Positions 53,100 through 64,000 of a DNA stretch of 64,000 nt are shown piece by piece. How positions within the stretch are numbered: position 1 is the stretch's first letter; the number at the start of each line of letters is the position of its first letter. Source of the DNA: Malacoraja senta (Eukaryota); the NCBI GenBank assembly GCA_038087875.1, contig CM075988.1:22632001-22696000 (forward strand), read 5' to 3'. Made by a program: the position numbers and the translations under genes. Under the pieces are notes generated by a model. The model was given only the letters and a program-made list of their open reading frames with translations, made no database searches and was not told where the DNA came from.

Positions 53100-53340
53100 G
53101 AAACATAGAAAATAGGTGCAGGAGTAGGCCATTCGGTTCTTCGAGCCAGCACCACCATTCAATATGATTATGGCTGATCATCCAAAATCAGTACCGCGTT
53201 CCTGCTTTTTCCCCATATCCCTTGATTCCGTTAGCCCTAAGAGCTAAATCTAACTCGCTCTTGAAAACATCCAGTGAATTGGCCTCCACTGCCTTCTGTG
53301 GCAGAGAATTCCACAGATTCACAACTCTCTGGGTGAAAAA
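53100..53340 (-). mobile_element. CR1 3' fragment
   Basis: FTQRVVNLWNSLPQKAVEA...GEKAGTRY plus tail. Confidence 0.9.
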
Positions 53341-53811
53341 GGCTGAATAAACTAAGGCTGCAAACCAAGAGGCGTACCTCACTTAAAACATTATTATTTT
53401 TTCTTTATGCACTTGGCATATTCAGCATTTTGAAACACATTTGGATGAAAAAAAAAACAAGTGTTCTTCTCAACTGCAGTCTTTGGAGAAGCATGGTCAT
53501 CATTGCAATTCTATGACGTTACATCGGAACAGATGAAAGGTCAGTAACTTGAAACATTAATTCGGCAATCTCCACAGACGCTGTTTATCTTGCAAAGTAT
53601 TTCCAGATTTCCCAGCAACTGCAGTAGTTTGCATTTGACACAAACAAGGAACTGCAGATGCTGGCTTACGGAAAAAGAGGTGTTGTTTTGTATTTAGTTT
53701 TTTTAGTTACTCAGAACTGGTGTAAGATGAGTTTGTTTCATGTTTTTTTTTTTAATGCACAGGATTGTGAAGGATAGCAGCAAATGGTTTGCAAGCTCCT
53801 AGTGTTCACCA

Positions 53812-54148
53812 TGCAGGCAGGGGAACAGCTCTCTGTGCCTCTCAACACCTTCTGCACAAGCAAGAGTGCAACTCCGCATCTCTGACCACCTTTTGCACAA
53901 GCAGGGGGCTCTCTGTGCCTTTCACCACCCTTTGCGCAAGCAAAGGGTTAGTTAGCACTTGTGCCTCTGGCCACCCTTTACAGCCTCTGAGTGCTGACCC
54001 TGTAATCTCTCTGTGCCTCTGACCACCTTTTGCACAAGCAAGGGTGAGCAGCTCCTTCAGCCTTTGACCACATTTTGCAGCCTCTGAATAAATTCACCCT
54101 GCTGCAAGCAAGAGGGAACAGCTCTTCCGCGCCTCTGAACCAACCACC
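53812..54148. repeat. Degenerate ~40-bp minisatellite upstream of the SIK3 promoter
   Basis: Recurring CTCTGTGCCTCTGACCACCTTTTGCACAAGCA-like units, about 7 copies. Confidence 0.7.
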
Positions 54149-54199
54149 CTTAAAGTGCAATGCAGAGTCTCTTATCGGAAATAACCTTCAGGATACTCT

Positions 54200-54952
<753 letters not shown>

Positions 54953-57900
54953 TGAGGTGGTCCGTTCAGGGTGAAGGCTTTGACAGCTGTCAGTGGTCCA
55001 GTCAGGGAAGAAGTGTTCCCTTTCCCTGTTTTTGCCCCCTTCTCCTCACACTCACACAATCCACAACTTGGATTCATTGTCCAATGGAGGTTTCCTGTTC
55101 AGTTCCCCCTTCAGTTGCTGGAGATGTCAGTCAGTGCAGTCCCTTTATTCGGCGTTTGGCCGGAGGGGGTCAGGCCGGGCTGGCGCTGTCAACTCGGCCT
55201 GGTCTCTGCTCCATAGCCTGTCCACCACACCTCTGTTTTTTCCTTCCATAAGAAGTTTTTTTTTTAGAAGTTCTGGGGACTGTTTGTCGAGAATGGACCC
55301 TACTACACGCTTCTTAAAGTAACTAACTTGCGACGCACTGCATGAGCACTCTGCGCTCAATGTACAGAGTTCAGCATTCAGTTATTTTTCAGTCCCTGAA
55401 ATGAACTGAAAACATCTCTAACATAGTCTGGGGTTGATCAGATTAGAATCATTTTCATAATCCATTTACGATGTATTTACGTACATCGATCATGGTCCTT
55501 CTGGTGACTTGCGATAATTTATGCTGCTTTCTAACAGTGACCTGAGGACGTGCGCGATTTAATTCAAAAGTATAGCTACATCACGTTATTATTTCGAATC
55601 GATATTATTGCCATAGATACATTTTGGTAATTTAATCATAAAATGTTTATTAAAATGAAGTTTTGGATTCGCTGAAATAGTTAGAGGTTGTAAATGAAGA
55701 GGAGGTTAAACATTTGTCAATTGATGTACATTAATATATTTACCAATAGCTAAAGAGGAAATGTCAGTTTCAGTTCATTGTTTATTCTTGTCTTGTTTAA
55801 TAACAATGTATCACAGAAACGTGTTTGTTATTTTTTACGCGAATAGGCTTTCTGTTGTGTTTCTGTGTTACAATGAACTTTTCTCAGTAGGGTGCGATTG
55901 CATTTACATTTTGAAAGGTACAAATATGGCAGCATCCTTATCTGTGCAAGTGTCATCAGTATTTTTATGTGCTGTACTTTTTCACATTGAGACCGTTTCT
56001 TTTTAAAGTGACTGAGATAATTGTCCACATTATTTACAGATGAGCCAGTGATAAAGTGCAAGTTAATTATGTTAATATCATTTATTATAATTGTTGATAT
56101 TGGAAGTTGTAGTTCATTCTGCACTAGAAAATCCTTTGATATGCAGCATATGGTCAGGGGACTGGTTAATTTTTGAAGTACCTTTTTTTGGAAAAATCTG
56201 CTGTGCCATGATGACTGACGTACACTCGTATATTAAGACCAACATTTATATTTCTATGCTAGGAATTTTTCAACAATTGGTGAATGTGTTGTCATTGCCT
56301 AACTGTAGACTCATTCATTTCTGAGACATTCATGCATAACATTGTTTTTGCAAATTTGGGGTGAAATTTGTGCTTTCTTGTCAGAATCTGGAAAAAGTCA
56401 AAAATAAAAAAGAAAGGGAATGACTACTTTAAGAGCATTTCTTTTCTTTCTACTCCAATATTTTATTTGGGCAATTCAATTAAACCACAATAATTAGTTG
56501 AGAGCAGATATACCAAATCATATTACAGATGTAGTTATTATTTTGGCTGACTGTTGCTTAATCGGTGATGTGTTGTGGTGCAGTGATATGTTGAAAGGTT
56601 ATAGCATTTGCTATTTCCTTCAGCACTTTTTTTTATTTGGAATTGCTTTTGGATTTATTTTGACTATAGATATTCTGTGGCATCACCTTTAAACCCTGTA
56701 ATTTGGTCTTTTTCTCTCATGTGTTGTTCATCAATTTGGGACTGAGTGAACAGACACATGACTTACTCTAGACTTCTGTCTGTGCTGCTTTGCACTTAGC
56801 TATAAAGATGTGAAAAGAGTGACCCAGAGTGAATCATCTGCCTTGGCTGTGGGAGAATCTGATCAATGTTTCCAATGTTGTGAACATTACATAATCATGT
56901 GATGGTTTTCATTTTGCTGCTGGAATGTCATTGTATTCAGGAGAGATGAAAATATTTCTGTGTATGTGATGTCAAGAAACTTTTATTTCTTGCCATATTT
57001 TTCCCTTTTATCTCACTGTGAGATTGTTTCAGCCTTGTTTCCTTTGTGGGTGGAGAGAGGAGGTGGTCTAATTTACAGATTGCGCACAGCTGCAGTCAAG
57101 GTGATTCTATGGCTGGCTTCCTTGAAATACCCCTTTCCTCATTCAGGAAAAGAATCTCTGAGGGTTTTTTTTCTACCCCTAAGGTGGAACGTTCCATTTT
57201 ATGACAGTGCCAAGAAAGGATTTTATTTTGATTCTGTGCAAATGGGATGAAAGCCAATGAAATATGTGGTACTCCTTTGAGGGAATGTTGATGCATTGTT
57301 GACTTTGAGTTATGCTGGCAGAGAGCTGACCAGAAATGTCTGAGTGGCACACTTAATGAGACGGAACACTTGAAAACGGGTAGGGTAGCATATGCCAAAA
57401 ATGGAATAGCTCTGGTTTTACTTCAGTGCTTCTCAATCAACCTCAGTCATTTTTTAATATGTGTGTTAGATTTCTGAAAATCCGAGACTGAGCAGGCAAA
57501 TCATTTCATAATTTAAGACAATAATTTAATTGGTATTGCGAATTTTGAGTGATGGTAAAGTATGGAGACATCGCAAGTCTCTCTATTTGATAGAAAAAGA
57601 AATATATGGGAGCAACAGTTTATTATTGTTAATACTTAAACATGTTTTTCATGATGCTTCATGCTACTGCAAATAATTTACATTTTTTTTGCTATATAAT
57701 TGAATTATTCACAACTTGAATTAATAACTTCAAAGCAATTTTCACTGCACCTGAAAATTGCGGCCTTATATTTTCTTCATGTTGAGTTAATTCTTGCACA
57801 TCGTGGGGGACATGCCACTGCCAGCACTGTTTATAAAGGACATAAACGTGATAAAATCAGTTGTCTGGGCATATTTATTATCCAGCAATATCTCACCTGC

Positions 57901-58507
57901 TTTCTTGCTTTCAAATACCCGAGTACCAATGATGGCATAATCCTGGGCCACTTTCTAGCAAGCACAAAGGGAAGCAAATATGTGACCTGAATGGGTCATT
58001 TCTTTCATTTTTTGCCAGTGGTTATCAGAATGCTCTGTTGCATTAGAACATAGGAGTTGTTGACTGTTTTGGCCTTTCAACCTTCTGCCATTCATAAAGA
58101 TCATAGCTGATCTGCCTTACCTCCTGCACTTTCCTGCGCTTTCTATATTCTAAAGCTTGAAAGCATGACCACCAAACAGGAACAGCTTCTTCCCAAACGA
58201 TTCTTCTACCAAAGGGTTCTCACTTAAGCTAGGATGTAGTCTTGATTTTCCAACCTATCTTATTGCGGACCTTGCACTTTTCCCTCTGTAACTGTAATGC
58301 TACAATGCTGTAATACTATAATTTGCACTCTGGTATTTTTCTCTTTGTAGTATTTGTTGCACAGGGTGTGGCTTAATTGTCAAGATTCAAGATTCCAGAG
58401 AGTTTATTGTCATGTGTCCCAGATAGGACAATGAAATGTTTGCTTTGCTTCAGCACAATAGAATATAGTAGGCAGAAATAAATACAGAACAGATCAGTGT
58501 GACCATA

Positions 58508-60252
58508 CAGGGCTCGAAATTAGAGGTTGCCCGGGTGCCACTGACCACTCAAAGCTCCGCCGGGCAACCTAAACACCGAGTCATTTTGCCCGGCTTGGCA
58601 ACCAGATAGTGGTTTGTACCGAAGATAGACACAAAAAACTGGAGTAACTCCGCGGGTCAGGTAGCATCTCTGGAGAAAAGGAACGCGATGTTTGTGTCAG
58701 CGGTGACGGCTGTATTGCAGGGCAAAGATACTAGGTGCAGGGTGAGGAAGGGTCGGAGCGAATGACGGGCTTCGCACAGCGACAGCAGCGGCCGCGACAG
58801 CGGCTCCATCTCCTCCTCCTCCCGCCTCCCGCCCGCCCTGATAAGGGCCTCTGCTTGCAAACCCGCTAACGGCGATAACCGCTTTCGAAACAAACCCTCC
58901 CGCACTCCGAGGCCGGGAGGGAGGGGGAGGCCTCGGCCACCCCCCCCCCCATCCATCGTACATTGGTTCCCCAATTCACCCTGTACTTACCCCTTTCCCA
59001 TCCATCCTCCACTTCTCCTCCATCCATCCTGTACTGATCCCCCATCCATCCTGTACTAATCCACGCATTCATCCCATACTGACCCACCCTCCATTTACCC
59101 TGCACCTTCCCCCCTTCCCCTCATTCATCCTGTAGTGATCCCCCATTCATCCTGCACAGACCCTCCGATCCACACTGTACTGACCCCCCCCCATTCATCC
59201 TGCGCTGATCTCCCCCCCATCCATCCTGTACTGATCTTCCCATTCAAGAAGAATGGGGGGAACAGTCTGAAGAAGGGTCTCGACCCGAAACGTTGCCTAT
59301 TTCCTTCGCTCCATAAATGCTGCCTCACCCGCTGAGTTTCTCCAGCACTTTTGTCTACCCCCATCCAGCCCGTACTGAACCTCCCCCATTCAACACCACT
59401 GACATCCCCGGTGCTCTCCCCACACAATTTTACCTTCTCCAACCAACACGTACTAATTCACCTGCCTCAATCCATCCATTCTGCACCGACTGCCTTCTAA
59501 CCCCCCCCACCCCCACCCCCGCCATCTATCCACCCCGCACTGATTCACACACCCCTCCCTGACCCTATTGTGCTGGAAATGTCTTCAGAGCGAACTTTGA
59601 CTATGTTTGATAACGGAATGCAATCAAATGTGTTTTAATTCCCAATGTTATTATTTGTTTTAATCCATAAAGATGGATTAATTAAATTGTGAACACGTGA
59701 AACATTAAAACCGCAGTGTTCGATTGTCACTGCTGCCGTTGACACGTTATTACAGAATTCATTTTAACGGCAAATCAATGCTCTTAATATGGAGTATCAG
59801 TACTGTAGTTATTTAATGAGCAACATTCACAACTATACGTAAGCATATATGTTACCATGGTCCAGGATTTATTGACACTGGTTGATCATACGCTGAATAA
59901 TCCAACCACATTGTTGTTTGGAAGTGGAAAGAACGAATAGAAATTGCATTAATTGCAACGTGTAAAAAGAGTTGAGATACTGTCTTATAATTTTGCTGCG
60001 TGTCATTGTGGGATATATCATGTCTTGATTGGTGAATAAGTTTAGTTTGTGACTTTATTTGAAGCAGAAATAATATATGAATGCTTCATTGAGTATAATT
60101 CCGACTGGTAACTACACACTTCGTTCGAGCACATTATTGCATGCGTCATGCAAGCCATCTTAAATGACCACCTAAACTGTCATTAGGCAACCTAAAAAGC
60201 TGCCAAGGTTGCCCGGCTGGCAACAGGGAAAAAAAGTTAAGCGAGAGCCCTG
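58508..60252. mobile_element. Non-autonomous TIR DNA transposon with 5-bp TSD (hAT5-like)
   Basis: Ends CAGGGCTC... / ...GAGCCCTG, with CCATA on both sides. Subterminal GGTTGCCCGG/GGCAACC repeats at both ends. Nested Penelope pieces (about 58610, 59264) and a C-rich degenerate repeat. Confidence 0.75.
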
Positions 60253-60266
60253 CCATATACCAATGC

Positions 60267-60314
<48 letters not shown>

Positions 60315-60317
<3 letters not shown>

Positions 60318-61410
60318 AGTGAGTGGCCAGGATGGTATGGGTCTTTGATGATGCTGGCAGCCTTTGTGAGGCAACGACTGCGATAGATCCCCTCGATGGT
60401 GGGGAGGTCAGAGCCGATGATGGACTGGGCAGTGTTTACAACTTTTTGCAGTCTTTTACGCTCCTGGGCGCTCAAGTTGCCGAACCCAGCCACGATGCAA
60501 CCGGTCAGCATGCTCTCTACTGCACACCTGTAGAAGTTCGAGAGTGTCCTCCTTGACAAACCGACTCTCCGTAATCTTCTCAGGAAGTAGAGGCGCTGAT
60601 GTGCTTTCTTAATAATGGCATCATTGTTCTCGGACCAGGAAAGATCTTCAGAGATGTGCACGCCCAGGAATTTGAAGCTCTTGACCCTTTCAACCATCGA
60701 CCCGTTGATATAAACGGGACTGTGGGTCCCCATCCTACTCCTTCCAAAGTCCACAATCAGTTCCTTGGTTTTGCTGGTGTTGAGGGCCAGGTTATTGTGC
60801 TGGCACCATTTGGTCAACCGGTCGATCTCACTTCTATACTCTGACTCATCTCCATCAGTGATACTTCTCACATCAGTAGTGTCGTCAGAGAACTTGATGA
60901 TGAAGTTCGCACTATGACCGGCTACGCAGTCATGAGTATAGAGTGAGTACAGCAGGGGGCTGAGCACGCAGCCTTGAGGTGCTCCCATGCTGATTGTTAT
61001 CGAGGCTGACACATTTCCACCAATACGGACAGACTGTGGTCTGTGAATGAGGAAGTCGAGGATCCAATTGCAGAGGGATGCGCAGAGACCCAGTTCTGAG
61101 AGTTTGGTAACCAGCTTCGAGGGGATGATTGTGTTAAATGCTGAGCTGTAGTCAATGAATAACAGACTGACATATGAGTTTTTGTTGTCCAAGTGGTCCA
61201 GAGCGGAGTGGAGAGCCAGCGAGATCGCATCCACCGTTGATCTGTTGTGGCGGTAAGTGAACTGCAGTGGGTCCAGCTTTTTCACGAGATATGAGTTGAT
61301 TTGTGCCATGATCAACCTCTCAAAGCACTTCATCACCACCGACGTTAGTGCCACTGGTCGATAGTCATTGAGGCACGTCACCTTGCTCTTCTTGGGCACC
61401 GGTATAATTG
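60315..61410 (-). mobile_element. Rex1/Babar-clade LINE RT domain, open but 5'-truncated
   Basis: IIPVPKK...[19 protein letters not shown]...[11 protein letters not shown]...[17 protein letters not shown]...KFSDDTT...[10 protein letters not shown]. The tail at about 58381-58507 is separated from it by the TIR element. Confidence 0.93.
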
Positions 61411-61789
61411 TGATTGTGTATAGTATGATTTGACTGGATAGCATGCAAACAAAGCTTTTCAATGTATCTCGGTACACGTAACAATGATAAACCAATACAA
61501 TTCCAACTTTCTCTTAACTTTCATAAATCTATCAATCTTTGTTTTCAGAATTCCTAGATTAACCACCCTCTGATTGAAGTAATTTATCTTCTCTGCTTAG
61601 TGCGGGTGTCAAGGATTATCGGGAGAAGGCAGGAGAATGTGGTCAAGAGGGAAAGATAGATCAGCCATGATTGAATATTAGTGTAGACTTGATGGGCCGA
61701 ATGGCCTAATTCTGCTCCTATCACATGAACATGAACTTCTCAGTCTCATGTGGCATACTCCTTATTTTGACCTTTAACACAAGTTAGCC

Positions 61790-62400
61790 AATTTCTTGTG
61801 TGGGATCTTATCGAAATTCTCCTGGAAGTCCAAATACAGCACATCCACTGGTTGCCACTTATCTATTCTATTCATTACACCCACAAAGAATTACATTAGA
61901 TTATTTAAACTTGATTTTTCTTTCATAGATTTTCATGGATTCTTCTCCCATGTTTTATCTGCTTCCTCCTATTATAGTTTTCAAGGCCATCCATGATATC
62001 ACCCTTCATTTTAGAATTTAACAATTTTCCCACTGATGTTAAGCTAATGGGTTGGTATTGCATATTTTCTCTCACTCTTTCCTAAATAGTGGGGTCACTT
62101 TGGCCACCCACCAATCCACAGAGATGGTTACAGATCCAAAGAATTAACCAGAGACTTATTATTTGTATAACAACATCTTTGAAGAGTCTTGGCTTTAGAT
62201 CATCAGATCCATGAGAGTTATGTTTTTAGTCTCATTAACTTCTCTAGTGGAGTTTTTCATTAATACTGATAACTTTGAATTTATTTTTCTTGCTAGACGA
62301 CTATTTGTTGTTTTTTCTGAGAAGAGGGACACAAAGTAGTTGCTTAATTGCTCAACTATTTCCTTATTATCCATCATGAAATTTTCTCATCACTGTTTGT
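61790..62400 (-). mobile_element. Ancient degraded CR1 RT fragment
   Basis: Reverse complement resembles VDVLYLDFQ..FDKIPH and MMDNKEIVEQLSNYFVSLFS. Confidence 0.65.
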
Positions 62401-64000
62401 AAGCAACTCGCAGTTAGTTTGCAAGAATTTTCTCTTTTACATAAACTAGCTTTTATTTTCTACCGAAGACAAACTAAATATTTGCTATTATTCTATTTCA
62501 TTGACAATATTTTGAGCCAAAGCTGGAAAAATAAGGCATTGGGGTAATTTTGCACGGTTTAGTTGATGCAACACCAGCAACAATCCACCCTATGCTCTTA
62601 AATCTAAAATTCACTGCTGTTGGTACTAAGGTCCATAATTATAATCTGTGCCATTATTATAACTTATTCATTTTGTCATAAATACATACCATTTGGAACC
62701 AGTTTGCATACCTCTGTGTTTCCAGGGAAACAATTGCTGTTCTGGCATCATTACTGATGTGACTGACATCACACTCACTGCAGTTGTGCACATAGGTAGA
62801 ATATGTGCTTATGACAGCTTTGGGAAAAATAGAGGAGGGAAGCATAGAACGGCAAAGAGTAAAGCCCAATCTCAGATAATCATATTAAAAAAAAGTACTT
62901 ATTTCTGGTATTTAAAATTTGTTATAATTGGGCATCTAAATGTCAATGGTTGCAGTTTGTGATCTTTCTCATTTGTGCGAATTTTATCTTTATGGTTCTC
63001 AATTATGTATAATGTGACCATTTAAACAGAACTATGTGGAAGCGAACTTTTTGGAAACAATTCCAGCAGTCTCATTGCTAATATAATAATCATATTTATT
63101 TTATGTTTACTCACTCACTATATCTCCTACCTTCCCCTTATTATCTGTATAACAACATTTTGCGACATATTTCAATTACACAGCCTTGATGAAATCGTAC
63201 TTGAGCTGAGTTTCCTTCAGCACAGGAGCTGGGAAAACTGAAGCTATACATTCTACCAATACCTACATGTTTCAAGTCTTGGCTTGATCACTTTTCTTAC
63301 TATATAATCTAAGTTAGATAATGTGAACCATGATATGTTGTTCAACTGATCGCTGTGCAACTTTTCCCACATCCTTTCTGTTATTAGCATTTGCCCAGTA
63401 ACATTTAGCTCCATCTCTTCCTGATATCTTCTGCTACCAAAATCAAAAATCTACGCCTTTATCACCAGAAGGCTTGGTTTCTCATCACCGGCCTCAGCAA
63501 GTTATGATTCATTTGACTGTCACTCCTACGTCCTCAATTGTGTTTCCATTACTCCACACGCAATACTGTTTCGCCATAACCTTGTCACTACTTTTAAATC
63601 TCTCTACAACCATATCATTTTCCTTGGTGATATCACTCTATCTCTGCATGAAACCTCTGCTTTTTTCATAACCAATTCACATCCATTGTTGCGGGTCTTT
63701 CTTTCGGATATTATTACTGTTCCTGCCAATCTCTCTGTCATGTTCACGCAGAAGATAGACACAAAATGCCGCTGAGTTACTCCAGCTTTTTGTGTCTATC
63801 CTTGGTTGAACCAGCATCTCCAGTTCCTTCCTACACATCTCTCTGTTTAACCCCATTTTACTTTTGGGTCATCTAAAAATCTTTCCCTGTGATTTCAACC
63901 ATCTTATTATCTTTATTTCTGTTCAGTATTTTTGTTTTGCACATTATGAAGAATATTTCAGCATTTGAAATGAGCTTTGGAAATGTCAGTTTATTTTGGT

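Overview
Vertebrate genomic DNA, most likely a cartilaginous fish such as a skate or ray (inferred from abundant HE1-type V-SINEs and CR1 LINEs). There are two CpG-island promoters facing away from each other. One is a minus-strand, apparently non-coding first exon at the window start (possibly PAFAH1B2, by synteny only). The other is the first coding exon of SIK3 at about 54.5-54.7 kb on the plus strand, followed by intron 1. The ~54 kb between them is almost entirely nested transposons: CR1, Rex1/Babar, L1, Penelope, V-SINEs, hAT-type DNA elements with 5-, 6- and 8-bp target-site duplications (TSDs), Harbinger MITEs and Helitrons. There are two 200-N gaps. Most ORFs in the track are TE fragments or noise. 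The best finding is a 139-bp retroposed insertion (34967-35105) with a perfect 12-bp TSD. Its first 54 nt fold into a complete minimal HDV/CPEB3-like self-cleaving ribozyme, and the predicted cleavage site is exactly the first base of the element. Other notable items are many short Penelope-derived fold-back insertions carrying minimal hammerhead cores, and a 1-nt frame discrepancy in SIK3 exon 1.
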